A DNA stretch of 64,000 nucleotides. Origin: Azolla caroliniana. Taxonomy: Eukaryota; Plantae; Polypodiophyta. A program made the translations under genes and the position numbers. Under the pieces are notes generated by a model. It had not been told where the DNA came from, ran no database searches, and saw only the letters and a program-made list of their open reading frames with translations. Positions 11,868 to 25,422 of this stretch are shown piece by piece (the first letter of the stretch is position 1; every line of letters starts with the position of its first letter). The DNA is taken from positions 11,284,001 to 11,348,000 of the forward strand of contig JBHGNT010000018.1 in the NCBI GenBank assembly GCA_043228905.1, read 5' to 3'.

Positions 11868-12379
11868 GGTGGAGATGGAGACGGGGTTTGACTGTGTGGA
11901 AGAGTGAAGAAGAGTGATGAGGCGAGGGCGAGATAGAGGAGGAACAACAGGAAGGGGAAGTTCGGTAGAGGGGCTATGAGAGCGAAAGAGAGCTTGAGAG
12001 CAAGAGTGTTTAGAGCGATGAGAGCGAGAAGGGGCTTCTGAGCTTGAGAGCGATGGAGATTGGGAGGGATAATGAACTTCTGTGTCTGTGCTGCGTTTTG
12101 GAAACGGTTTTAGTAACCTACTCCTAGGATTTTGTGCCCGAAGCGAATCCTGAAGATTCTAAGTCATGGGTGCCATAATAAGTGACTAGTGCCACGTGTC
12201 CTGAAGGTGAGTGGGGTGCTTCTAGTGCTTTGCATGTGCTTAAATGGGTACTAAATGAGAGGTGGCGAGGGGTGCTCCTAAAATTGTGGGTGCCTAGGTG
12301 GGTGGTGTAGCTAATTGGTGGCTGAACTATGGTTAATCCTACCTACTTTATTAATTTCAAGAAGGTGGGTGAGTCCTTA

Positions 12380-15300
12380 TTAAGGGGGACATGTGGCCTC
12401 CTCCGTGGTGGTCTCCCGAAACTCGTTTGTGCCGTGTGGCTCGGTAAACGGGTTGGGTGGTGTAGTGCCTCGATATGGTCGAAGTCGGAAACCATTGGCC
12501 CAGCTTTTGACAGTGTCGTTGGCGAGTGTGCCGAGCTGGAACGTCCCGTTGAACTCGTCGATAATCCAGAATGGACCGGTTCACCGAAATCTTAATTTTC
12601 CCGGCATAGACCCGAGTCGTGTTTGAAAAAGAAGAACCGGTTTGACGATGGTGAGCTCCTTTTCCAGCCCGTTTCGATGTCGATCCACGAAAGCCTTGCG
12701 TTGTTGTTGCCGTTGTTCGAGCTGGGCCATACTCTCTATCTTGTCTTCGCCGAGTTCGAGGAGTTGTTCCAGCCGGTATAGCTCGGATTGGGCCTCGGGG
12801 AGCCATGCTTTGATTTGAACTCGGAGGCTCGGGACTTGGAACTCGACAAGCATTACGGCTTCTAACCCGAACGTCATTCAAAAGGGGGTTGATTGGATGC
12901 TTGTTTTGAAAGTCGTACGATACGCCCACAACACGCTCTGGAGTTTGTCATCCCAATCGGTCCTGTTTTCATTGACGATCTTCTTCAGTATGGTTTGGAG
13001 GATTTTATTAGTCGATTCCGCCAAGCCGTTCGCCTACGGGTAGTATGGTGTGCTTTTCTTGTGCACCACCACGTAGTGGTGTGTAAGCTCACGTATTATA
13101 TGATTGATGAAGTGCCCACCTTGGTCACTAACGAGCTCGATTGGGCATCCGTAACGGCACTAGAGGTGCTCGTACATGAATTTAGCCGTGGATGCCGCCG
13201 TGTTGTCTCGGAGTGCCTTAGCCTCAACCCATTTGGTGTAGTAACCCGTGGCAACGATAATATACCTATTCCCTATACGGGCCGCGGGTGGTTTGAAAGG
13301 GCCTACAAAATCCAAACCCCATTTTTGAAAGGGGTCCAACGGAAGAATCGGCTGGTGTGGCATGCGTGACTGTTCCATTGGTTGCCCCAGTCGTTGGCAC
13401 AAATCGCACTGCCGGCAAAACTCGTGAGCGTCTCTCTTTGTTGTCGGCCACCACAATCCACTTTGCCAAACTTTCCTTGCCATGGAATCCCCGGTGTAGT
13501 GCCCCCCAGCTACTCCCTGGTGGGCCTCCTGAAGAACGACGTTCTTCTCGAATTGCCGAATCACTCGGCGCCATATGCCGTCCGAGCCTTTGTGGTAGAG
13601 AATGTCCGAGACGAGGCAAAAATTCCGGCTACGCACTGCTAGGCGTTTTCTGCATGTGCTCGGGAGGTAAACCGGTAGTGAGAAAATGGGTCATCTCCGT
13701 GATCCATTCATCTTCGTTATCGTCTGGCATCGTGGTCAGGTTAAATAGCTTGGTGTCCGGTAGCTCGTCGTACGTTGTTTTCGCCGGTTCCCCTGACTCA
13801 AGACGGCTCAAGTAGTCAGCGACGGCATGTTGTACCCTGGGTCGATGCTGAATCTGGAAATGAAACTCTTGGAGTAGGAGCATCCACTGAGCCAACCGTC
13901 CGGTGAGGGCTTGTTTATTGACCAAATAAAGAAGGGCCGAGTGATCCACATGAAAGGTAAATTTTCGGCCCAAGAGGTAATGCCGGAATTTATTGATACT
14001 ATAAATCATACCGAGGGCCTCCCGCTCGGTGGTGGAGTAATTCTTTTCCGCGGTCGAGAGCCGTCGGCTGGCGTAGTACACGGGCCTATACCAATTCGGG
14101 GGTGTGCATTGCATTAGGACACTTCCGATGGCGATGTCCGAAGCATCTACGAAGACATGAAACGGTTCGGACCAAACCAGAGACAGGACCACCGAGGCAT
14201 GTGACAGCATTAGTTTCAGGGTCTGATAGGCCATGTCCTCGATTGACGTCCATTGGAAGGGAAGTCGATGGACTGCCGCGTGTAAAGGTGTCATGAAATC
14301 GGCCAGGTGTCGTATCATTCGGCTGTGCCACCGGATCTGTCCCAAAAATTGGCTTAGTGCCTTAGCGTTCGAGGGTGCGATGCCGGTCAAAATGGCCTTT
14401 ACTTTATCCGGGTCCATAGCGATGCCTTCTTGACTGACAATGTGGCCGAGAAGGTTGTCGTTGGTGACTAAGAATGCGCATTTCGCCGGGTTTAAGCTCA
14501 ATAGAGCTTGGCGACATCGGTCCAAGCAGAGTCGCAACTGAGTCATGTGTTCCCGTCGATGGCCATACACGGCGAAATCATCGAGAAAGACTTGCATGAA
14601 CGCCGGGATGTAGTCATGAAAGATTTCAGTGATGATACGTTGGAACATCATTACTTCTGCTACAAAAACACCTCATTTCGTGACGAAAGCGGTTTTCTCC
14701 TGATCCTCCGGGTGCATTCTTATCTGGTTATAGCCGCTGAACCTGTCGAGGAAACTGTAGCATTCGTGGCCGACTACCGTGTCGAGGACGCTGTCCGTGA
14801 AGGGGAGAGGGAAACCGTCAGTGATTGTTGCCGCATTAAGCTTCCGATAGTCGACGCAGACGTGGATTTTTCCGTTCTTCTTTGGGACTACTACGATCGG
14901 GCTCAACCACGTGGCCCATTTAACAGGGCGAATGAAGCCCACTCGGAGTAGTTTGTCGATTTCCTCTTTGACTTTAGCGGCGTAGTTGGGGTTCATCCTG
15001 CAGCGCCTCTGCTTAACCGGCTGAGTGTCGGGTAAGATGTGAATTTGATGTTGGTAGTATTGAGGATCTAGCCCCTTCATATCGGGTAAGACCAAGCGAA
15101 AACATCCTAGTAGTTGGTGAGCAATCGTACGAGGGATGCCCGTTCTCCGGTTGGTAGATTATTGGCAATTTGTAACGTACGAGTATTCTCATCCAAGCCG
15201 AGGTTTATTGTTTCCAGGGTTGATGCTTTGACTCGTTGTGAAATGGCGAGTTCGCGTTCGAAATCCTCCCGAGCATGGCGTAGCTCGGCAACTGTGGTTG

Positions 15301-17604
15301 GATCTGGTTCATCTTGGGGTGGTGATTCCTCCATGACTTCCTCGTCTTTAGGTGGCTCAATGGTTGCTAAGGCATTGATTTCGAAGAGAGGGATGATCGT
15401 GGGATGATCATCTAGGAAGTCATCGACCTCCTCATTGGCCAAACCGTCAAGCATATGGACCCCTTCCACGTATAACGGCGAAGTGTTGAGGGCGATAGGG
15501 ACTCGTTCTTCAGTGATGATTCGAACTTTTGTCTTGCCTCTTTTGAACGAGATCATGTTGCGTTGCCAATGTTGCTTGATATTCATTGTACGCAACCATG
15601 GTCGACCTACTAACATTGGGTAGGCGCCTTGTGTCTCCAATCTTAGCACGACGGCCGAGATCATGAACATGTGGCCTCCGAGTGTGAAGTCGAGATGGCG
15701 GATTAAACCAATGGGGCAAACGGAGTGGGTGTCGGCCATCCGAAGCCAAAAGGGGCATGGTTCCCATTGATTCAGGCCGAGGTTGTGACACATTGACTCG
15801 CTAATAACATTTACACCGGATCCGCCGTCAATGATGCATCCGTGCAGGTCTTGTCCCTTAATGATGATTCGCACGGCTGGGTTCTGAGAATCCATGAGTG
15901 GTGGACCGGTTCCTGCTTCAGTGAGGTGTACCGGTGGCGTCACGGGCTTAGTATTGGCCTGGACTGCCGCCAGGGTCTCCCGAAATCTCAGCATGAGTGG
16001 TAACAGTTTATGTAGGGGCAGCGAGATGCGGGAGTTGGTAAGAACATCCCATAGCTGGTTGTCTTCCGACGACGTGGATGGTATCGAGGTTTGTGGTGCT
16101 TCACTGGGCTGGTCTCTCATGTCAGTTTGCATGCGCACGACATTATTTTTACTGGCTGTGTCAATCCATTCTTTTGCTGCCTGATGGACTTCATCCTGGA
16201 TTTACCACTGTGTAGTCTGCGCTTTACTCCGGGTAGTGACGGTTTGAACATCGGCCATGATATTGTTCACCGCGGGTGCCTTGCCACGGTCGGCTCTTGG
16301 ACATTGCGTGGCGTAGTGGCCTGGTTGGTTACATTTAAAACACGTAATGTTGGCCGAGCTGCTGGTGTCCGCTCGGTCTGTGTGTGGAAGCTGTTGCTGT
16401 TGATTCCCAGTCTCGTTTGGTGGTGGGTTGTTCCGAGGTGCGTTGGAGTTGCACTGGTCATTTTGAGGAGCGTCCCGTCGGCGGTTGTCGTTATGTCTTC
16501 TATTGTTGCGTGAGTTGCGGTTGCCGTTTCGCCGATCAATGCGTGAGTTCCATCGGTCATATCGGTCATCTTGATCGTCATCATATCGAGCATAATCGTC
16601 GTGCCGGTCATCGCGATAGTGATCACGATGGTCATCACGTCGGTAGTCGTCCTCTCGGCGCCGTCGATCCGGGGATCGCGGTCGGTCGTTATCCTGGTCT
16701 CGGTAGGCATATCGCTCGTCCTGCTGAGAGTATGTATTTCTTGGCTCGATCTGGCGGACCGGTGCCGCCGTTGTGCGGTTCAGCATATTATATTCGCACT
16801 GCTCGACAGTGTGAGCTCGAGACTGACAGATCGGACACTGTGGTGAGTGGGGACATTCGAGGGCCAGGTGCCTTGATCTTGAACACGTCGTGCATTGGAG
16901 AGCTTGGCGAAAGCGATTGTCCTCTTGGGGAAGAGCGTTTTGTAAGGATGTCATTGAGAAGGCCGCGTCGTGCTGGGTCCGATCGAGGGCAAGAACCTGC
17001 GCTATGACTTGTTCGATAGTATGGTTGGCGAAATTTGTTCGAGAGTCGTTCGGAGAGGCTCTCGTAAACTAGACAGGAAAGTGTCTGGTATATGTTGTGC
17101 CGAGACATCATCGGCCACTTGTCTGTAGAGATCCTGGAACCGGATCGTGAACTGCGCGACCGTTTCGTGCGGTTCCTGGCATATAGAGAAGAATTGCCGG
17201 AGCAGTTCCCGTTTAGGCACCTCGCGATGAAAAAGTTCAAGGAACTTTGTGCGCACGATTTGGAAAGTGGTGGCCTCTCCTATTTCGAGGTGAGAGTACC
17301 ATCGTACGGCCGGTCCATCGAGGGAGAGTGTGAACTCGGCAATCTTTGAGGCATCGATTTCGGCCGGCGTGAGGCGGTGCGTTGAGTGGTTGGCCTGCCA
17401 CGTGGATATGAAGGCACGGATGTGTGACTCTGCGTCTGGTCCGTTGGTGTATCGTGGGTATGGGTACGGCATGATGTCATACTCTGGGTCTTCTGGTAGC
17501 ACCGGAAAAGGGTTTAGTTCCAGTTGATTGACCGCCGGAGGGCTCGGCGGGGGTTTTGGTGGTGAATCAACTTGCGATCGAGTGTCCGATGGCGAGGATT
17601 GCAC
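12380..17604 (-). pseudogene. gag-pol: Ty3/gypsy gag-pol of element A, frameshifted
   Basis: Gag with CCHC knuckles (CFKCNQPGHYATQC), [59 protein letters not shown] motif. Confidence 0.93.
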
Positions 17605-17777
17605 TGGGAAAGCCTCTGATTGCTCGGGAAAGGATTGGTCAGTGACTGCCGAGTCGGAAGTTCCTTCGACTGGCTCAGGGCGTCGGGCAGGTGGCCGAGA
17701 CCTCGTGGTGCAAGAGGGCGTCGTAACGGCGGCTGGTGGTTACCTTCAACGAAGTTCGCTGTGCACTCACAACTGTA

Positions 17778-17790
17778 ACCGGGCGTGCCA
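17778..17790 (-). other. PBS of element A (tRNA-Arg(UCU) type)
   Basis: Minus strand TGGCACGCCCGGT 5 nt after the 5' LTR and upstream of gag. Confidence 0.85.
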
Positions 17791-17795
17791 AATTG

Positions 17796-18272
17796 TGTTA
17801 CCCGTTCCTTTGGGTGAACACCTTCGATAGATCTGCGGCTATCGGTACTCAAGGGCGTGGTACGTGAAGGCTCGTAACAGAGGCGTCGTGAGGGAGAAAA
17901 TGATCAGAGATAAAACACTAGCGAGATCTTGATAGGTGTGGGTGGCGCTGAAATCATAGGTATGAACCAAAGCACAGACACATGGAGCAAAATGGGCACA
18001 AATCAGATATACTACTGCAACAGAAAAAGGATTACAGAACACGGCCTACGGCCGGTGACCTTACAGGATTATCTAGTTACGATGGACTAAGCTAGTGCTT
18101 CCGCCTATATTTTTCTCTCCCCCCTCTCTGAGGTACTGAACCTCGTTTAAATAACATTTCCCCTAATACACAGCCGAGCCGTCGGTGGCACGTGATACTC
18201 GAACTCGGCACTCGGTTACACTACCGCCGTTTGCTAATTTCCTAATTTTACATTTCTGTCCTCTGGACAACA
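17796..18272 (-). repeat. 5' LTR of element A
   Basis: TGTT..AACA; minus-strand TATTTAAA and TGTAA/AATATA elements agree with the gag orientation. Confidence 0.95.
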
Positions 18273-18917
18273 CTTGCTACTCCATGATATTGCTCCGCTG
18301 CCGAGGGAGAAAACAAATCCGGAGGTTGATCTTCTATCGGCTTTGTAGCCGGCCCAATCGGCGTCTGTGTACCCCTCGAGGCGTATTGGCATCGCGGTCC
18401 TGTAGAGGATGCCGCAATCCATTGTGCCGCTCATGTACCATAGAACTCGCTTAGCGCAATCCAAGTGAGTATCACGCGGTGTTTGCATGAATTGACTAAG
18501 GAGACCGACCGGATAATTGAGATCGGGTCGAATGATCGTGAGGTAGATGAGACGAGTCGGCTCACACGCTTTGGTGCCGGAGTTCGCATCTAGTTTGAGA
18601 TTACACAGATTTGCACTTAGCCATACCGAACTTGTATAACAAGTTGAGGATGTAGTGCCGTTGAGAAATCATGATTCCGGCCGGAGTCCGAATTACCTCG
18701 ATGTTGAGGAAGTAGTGGAGTTCCTTCATGTCCGTCATCTCGAACTTGTCAGAAAGGAGGGATTTGACCTTATTGATTTCGACGAGATGCTCACCTCCAA
18801 GGACTAGGTCATCCACATATAACATGATGACGATCGGACTTGCGGAATCACTTCGTATGTAGAGGGAGTTATCCGATTTTGACATACGGAAGCCGATTTG
18901 ATGAAGATATTGCGTTA
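18273..18917 (-). pseudogene. Copia RT/RH remnant, right part of the host of element A
   Basis: MLYVDDLV, YTDADWAG..RRSTSGF..ISWSSK continuing into 4706-5050. Confidence 0.85.
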
Positions 18918-21900
18918 ATTCCTCATGCCGGATCCCTAGCTCTTCAATGAAGTCCTTCATCCATAGTATTGACAAGGATGCACGCTCCCTTTGCACAACA
19001 CTCGGCCACAACCAAGTCTAAAATCGAACATAGAAAACAGGAAATGAAACGCATGAGACAAAGGAGAGAAGAGTACACAGGATGTTTAACGTGGGAAACC
19101 CTGAGAGGGAAAAACCACGGGAGTCCATAGACTCCAAACTATCACTATATCACAATGATTACAATAATGAGCTCACAGAGGCAACAACCTCGTGCTCACG
19201 ATCTTCGCCACAGGCGGCGGTTACAACAGAGGCAACGACCTCTTTCTCTCTCTCTCTCTGTACATGGTTGCGTGCTCTCTATTCTTGCACCAACAAGAAT
19301 GACAACTACACTCTGAGTTTGCCCTAAGTCATATTTATACTAATATGACTTTTTGGCTATTTACAAATATAGCCCCGATGGACTCTCAGAAACATATTTA
19401 CGAATATGTCCCTTCATCCGGTGAGCACTCCTCACCGGGCCTGCATCATCTGGCGCTTGCCGGGCACACTTCATCCGGTTCTCACCGGGTCTTCCGTTGC
19501 CGGGTACACAACATCCGGTTCTCACCGGGTCTTCACCATCCGGCTCTTGCTGGGTACTCGTCATCCGGTTCTCACCGGGTCCTCCGTAGTCGGGTACTCG
19601 TCATCCGGCGCTTGCCAGGTACACCACATCCGGTTTTCACCAGGTCTTCCGTAGTCGGGTACTCTACATCCGGTTTCGGCCTCGGCCGAGTTTCTTATCA
19701 ACATTGTTCTTCTCACTTCCCATCCGGAGGGACCTGTTTCCTAACAAGTATTTCCTTGCCGGCTTCCACAACCGCCATGTACTCCGCTTCCGTGGTTGAC
19801 AACGCAACCGTCTTCTACAGCCTCGATTGCCACGAAACAACTCCTCCCGCATATGTCATGACATATCCGGATGTTGACCGGCTGGTAACTGCATCAGCCA
19901 ACTTCTCTGCCTTCGTCTTCGGACTTTGCTTACCGGATAACCTGCAGTTTGCCGAAATTGTCGATCCGACTGGTTTTGCATCTGTCATGTTGAACCGCTG
20001 AAGCACCTTTGTCACGTACTTCTCCTATGACAGCCACAATTGCTTCGTTGGCTGGTCCCGGATGATATGCATCCCTAGCATCTTTCTTGCCGGACCCAAG
20101 TCTTTCATTGAGAAGTTCCGGTTCAGGGCCTTCTTCAACATCCGTATCTTGACTTGGTCTCGTCCGACGATCAACATGTCGTCCACGTACAAGAGGAGTA
20201 TTAGGAAGTCTCCACCTTCGAACTTCTTCACAAATACACAGTGATCGGCCTGCGTCTTGTGGTACCCTTGATTGGTCATGAAGGAGTCGAACTTCCAGTA
20301 CCATTGCTGGGGAGCCTGCTTCAACCCGTAGAGGCTCTTTTTTAACCGGCAAACCAGGTGCTCCTTCCCTTTCTTCACAAATCCCTCCGGTTGCTGCATG
20401 TAGATCTCCTCTTCGAGGTCGCTGTGGAGGAACGCCGTCTTCACGTGTAACTGCTCTACCTCGAGGTCCATGCTTGCCGCTATGCTCAGCACCGTCTAGA
20501 TGGAAGCCATCTTTACTACCGGGGCAAATATCTCGTCGAAGTCCACGCCCTTCTTCTGTTGGAACCCCTTCACCACGATCCTGGATTTGTACCTTGGAGG
20601 GTTGACGGCATCTCCCGATTTCAACTTGTACAACCAGTTGTTTCGGAGTGCCCTCTTTCCTTTCGGCAACTACACCAATTCGTACGTGTGGTTCTCATGC
20701 AGGGAATCCATCTCGTCCTGCATGGCACTCAACCACTTGCGGCTATGGGTTTCATCCTTCGCTTCTTCGAAGCTTTCCGGCTCCCTCTCATCGGTTAGCA
20801 GCACATGCTCTGCATCCGGAAATCTTCGGGGGGGCCTTCTCATTCTGAGAGGATATCTCCATCTTTGGCTTTCGGCAACCGGCTCCTCTATTTGTTCTTC
20901 ATCCGAATCTAATTTGGGGTCTTGGCCGGTTCCGGTTTCAGCTTCCTCTACTTCTTCTTCTGCCGGTTCGGTATCCTACCTGTAATTGACTGGTTCCTTG
21001 AGTGCCAACCGGCTCTTAGCTGGGTGGGTCTGAATCTCATCGGAGTTCATTATCTTCTTCTCCGACTCCCAGTCGGCAAGAGTCTTGTCCTCCATGAAGA
21101 TAATATCTCGGCTCCGGAAAACCTTCTTGTCAACTGGATCCCATACTCGATAGCTGAACTCATCATCGCCGTATCCGAGGAATATGCATGGCCGGGTCTT
21201 TGGATCCAACTTTCCTCTCCGGTCCTTAGCAACATGCACGTACGCGAGACACCCGAAAACCTTCAAATGCCGGTAGGAGACTTCCTTACCGGTCCACACC
21301 TTTGGCGGCGTGTCTCCATCCAAGGGCACTGAGGGTGATCTATTTATCACATACGTCGTTGTCGACAACACCTCAGCCCAAAACGTCTTGGGTAGTTTAG
21401 CATGTGCTAGCATACTCCGAGCCCTCTCCATTATGGTCTGGTTCATCCTCTCGGCTAGCCTGTTTAGTTCCGGTGTCTTCAGCACGGTGAATTCGAGCCG
21501 GATTCCCTTCGAGCAGCAATACTCCTTGAACTGCCCCCAGTATTCCCCTCTGTTATCTGCTTGAACCGCCTTCAACTTCCGTCCGGTTTCTCTTTCCACT
21601 CTTGTGTGGAGCTCCTTGAAGACGGATTACACCTGATCCTTCGTCTTCAACGGTGTGGCCCACAACCTCCTGTTGTGGTCATCTATGAACGTCACGAAGT
21701 ACTACGCTCTGGCATGGGACTTTGTGTCCACTTGACACACATCGGTGTGCACCAACTCCAATGGTGTATTACGTCTCATCGGTGGCGTTGATTGGAAGGA
21801 GGTCCGGTTTTGCTTACCGGCTAGGCAATCGGTGCACCTCTCAAGATGCATGTTCTTCACCGGAATGAGGTTGTCATCGGCAAGCCTCTTCATCCCCTTC

Positions 21901-22839
21901 ATGCTCATGTGACACAATCTCTTGTGCCACAGCTCACCGGCAGTGTCAGAAGCCACGTTCACTTCTTCCGGGCAAAACCAGGCATTCATCAGGAACAACG
22001 TGTTGACCTTTCAGGTCCGAGCCACTATCAGGCAACCAAAGATCTTTAACCACGAGCATGTCCCTCATCTTCGACTTCCACACTGAGTAGTTGGAGCCGG
22101 TAAGCTTGAACATGCCTCCCAACGAATCGTCCATTTTTCTGTGTCGTTTCGCTCTGATACCAGTTTCTTGAGAAATATGCGGAATAATCTCCGGCCACAA
22201 CCAAAGCCTAGATCACTTAATGATAATCAAACACAAAAGAAATGGGGATGGAGGTAAGTACACAAACAAAAAGAGAATACACAGGATGTTAACGTGGAAA
22301 ACCCTGAGACAGAAAAACCACGGGAGTCCACAGACTTCAAACTATCACTATGCCAAGGAGTACAACAGGGAGCACAGAGGCAACAACCTCTTGCTCACAA
22401 TCTTCGCCTGGCGGTAGTTACAACAGAGACATGCTCTGTATCTCTCTCTCTCTCTCTCAGTACAGTTATTACACCAAAATTACCCTATACAAAGATAATA
22501 ACAGCAACTAATAATACTAAACACACTGTTTGCCCTAGGTCACATTTATATTAATATGACATTAGGACTATTTACAGATATAACCCCCATTGGGCTCTCA
22601 AAAACATATCTACATATATGTCCCTTCATCCAGTGAGAGGTTCTCACCGGGCCTGCAACATCTGGTTCTCACCGGTGACTTTTCATCCGGTTCTCACCGG
22701 GTCTACATCATCCGGTTATGGGTACTCCACATCCGGTTCTCACCGGGTGTTCCGTTGCCGGGTACTCCACATCCGGTTCTCACCGGGTCTTTTGATGTCG
22801 GGCCTTCGTATCCCATCCGGAGGGACCGAGATCCTAACA
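18918..22839 (-). mobile_element. Deleted TNT1-like copia (5' LTR about 22166-22839, PBS 22151-22162, 3' end lost)
   Basis: PBS TGGTATCAGAGC (tRNA-iMet), short gag fused to INT, RT LLYVDDM, deletions in gag-PR and RT-RH. Confidence 0.88.
18970..19746 (-). mobile_element. Solo LTR, TNT1-like family
   Basis: TG..CA, TSD AGTAT (18965-18969 / 19747-19751), homologous to the family LTRs, splits AGKE/ILWMKDF. Confidence 0.9.
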
Positions 22840-25412
22840 AATGAAACCATTTTCCAAATTCTCCTCCATATAGGCCTGAAGGATTGACCTTATTCAAGCC
22901 ACGGTAATCTACGACAAGACGTAGTGATCCATCCTTTTTCTTGACGAAGATAATGGGTGCGCCGGCTGGAGATTTCGAATGTCGAAAGAAACCATTTGCC
23001 AAATTCTCCTCCATATAGGCTTGAAGGACTTCTAGCTTGGTTGGTGACAAGTTGTAGATTGGTCCACATGGTGGCTCTTTTCCCGGTTGTAAATCAATGG
23101 GGCAATCATACGGTCGATGGTGAGGAAGCGTATTGGCTTGTACTTTATCAAACACATCGGCATAATGACGATACTTCTTTGGAATTTGAACGGTGGATTC
23201 CTCTTTAGTGGTGTTTGAGGGTTTACTGATACTGCGAAGAGAAACATTTCTTCCTTGCGTCCTTCCTCACGCAACTAATGTAGCAAAATGGTTGCAATCT
23301 TATGAGTAGATCCTCGGGTTTGTCGATACCGGATTTCTCTTGTTCTCCAATGTATGTCTAGGTTATGTATTTCGAACCATGGTAATCCCAAAACAATGGG
23401 ATGTTCAGGGATACTAATTATATTAAATGATACTACACATGCTAAGTTATCTAGGGCAATATTAAGTGGCTCTGACTCTTCTATGATATTTCCGGAAGCA
23501 ATGGGACGACCATCAATGACTACTACAGAGGCTAGACACGAGAGTTTTCTTAGGGATATTTGATGAGCTTGGGCAAAATTCCTATCCATGAAGCAAGAAT
23601 TAGCTCCGGAATCTAGGAGTGCTAAGACATGTACTGGAGGGGTACTTTTAGTACTAACGATTACTTGAGCTAAGAACACATTGCTAACTTGCTTAGAGGG
23701 AATGGAACCACTAATGGGTTGCTCAGATCTAGGGCTATCCAACCAAACGGCTCCTATTTTGGCTAGACTTAGTCGTTTAACTCTTCTTCTAACTGACTAA
23801 GGACATCAAATTTGTTCTAGACTTGGGCTATTAGTACTATTAGGACTATCAGATATTCCTACTTAAATAGACTCGGGTTTAGAACAATTAGTACTAGCGA
23901 CTATTTAGTTTACCTATCTTCTTGGCCTATGAGGACAGCTCACTGCGATATGCCCCAGTCCACCACAATAAAGACATAGTCGATTTGCTCGGTGTCGTTG
24001 TTTTTCCTCTTCCGATAATGGCCCACGACGACGTGTGGTGTTGATTTCCATCGGAGTTGGAGTATTTGTTGGAGACACATTATATGACTCCCTTGAAAAA
24101 GGTTTTGCTACCACATGAGGCGTAGGTGGGCTCTAATCTTCTCCTTGGCATTTGGAACTAACGTTCCAAACATCGTTCGAAAAGGCGGTTGTTGCATCGC
24201 ACCGCACGACTAATTGCTTCTTCGGGGAAGGCTAAGAGTAAATCCTTAACATCATTACGTAGGCCAAAACGAAATTGCTCCATTAATGCCTCGTCATCCC
24301 AAAGAATATCGGTGGCGAGAAGATGAAAGTCTGCAGCATAAGCCGAGGCTGGCCACTCACCTTGGCGCAATCTCCGGATTTTGTTGATTGTCATCCTAAC
24401 ACTGTCAGTACCGCCAAAACATGCTTTAAACTTGGTAATAAACTCTTCGAAATTATTTAACAAGGGAGAGTTGTTTTCTAATAGGGGGGCAAACCATGCC
24501 AAAGTCGTGCCACTAAGTAGAGTGCCTACTAGTCCCACTCATGATGCATCGGTGGGATATCGAGAAGGATGCATTTGAATCACTAAACGTACCTAATTAA
24601 GAAAACCTCTAAATTGTGATTGGGTTCCATCAAATTTCATAGGAAGACAGATCTTGGGTTCTTTGTGAATCCCTTGAGTGCTTGATCCTTGTTCTTGTAG
24701 TGATATAATAGTTGCTTCAAGTTGTTTTACACGTAACATCAGCTCTCCATGTTGTTGTTTTTCTAGCGCTATTTGTTGAAGATCCCCCAACAAACGGTGA
24801 TTTTCTTGTTCTAGTGCTACAAACTTCTCTTTTAAGCACTGGAGCTCCGAAAAAATAGATTGGTATTCCTGAGCACTGACAACTGCCATTTTACTATGGA
24901 GGATAAGAGGATTAGTATGAAGGAAAGGAGGGAGAAGAGGATGAGGAGGGAGAAGAAATCGGTTCAAACTGTCAGGAATAGTACTAAGACAGAGAGGGAA
25001 TTAGTACTAAGAGATGCGAATTAGTACTAAAAGAGAGAAAAGGGTGTAGAACTCACGAGAGAAGGAGAGAGAGAGAGGGAGAGGGAGAGAGAGAGAGAGA
25101 GAGAGGGAGAATGATGATAACAAAAGATATATTATATTATATGAAGAGTAAGTACAAGAATAGCTATGAGGCTTAAGACTGGCGTTGAACCGATTTGATT
25201 CGAAATAATGCTTTGTGCCTCCTTTTATAATGTTCTCAGGAGTACTCCTGAAGTTTCTAGAATGTTCTAGAGAAATCTAGAATATGCATCAATTTTCTAT
25301 AGTAAAACTTAAATGAAAATAATATCCTTCCTATTACAATACATAGCCTAATGGTAAGAGTTCGACCCATGTAATATAAGTTCATGGGTTCGAGTCTTGC
25401 CATATTATGACA
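22840..25412 (-). mobile_element. Truncated Tcn1-like chromovirus (5' LTR 24970-25412, gag, PR, start of RT)
   Basis: LTR homologous to 29978-30398; CLYCGGLGHIAVSC knuckle, LLDSGA protease, [19 protein letters not shown]. Confidence 0.9.
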
Positions 25413-25422
25413 GATTATGACA

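Larger units (their letters stand above)
5051..18272 (-). mobile_element. Full-length non-chromovirus Ty3/gypsy LTR retrotransposon with extra 3' ORF (element A)
   Basis: Direct LTRs 5051-5527 and 17796-18272, TSD CTTGC (5046-5050 / 18273-18277), gag-PR-RT-RH-INT on the minus strand. Confidence 0.95.

Noticed and set aside
5051-18272. Plus-oriented element with antisense or inverted gag-pol
   Set aside because: LTR promoter/polyA cues, a PBS directly upstream of gag and all ORFs point to the minus strand, and there is no plus-strand PPT before the right LTR. Not fully excluded without other copies.
19410-19680. CRISPR-like spaced repeats
   Set aside because: These are degenerate U3 tandem repeats inside an LTR in a eukaryotic context, with no cas genes or unique fixed-length spacers.
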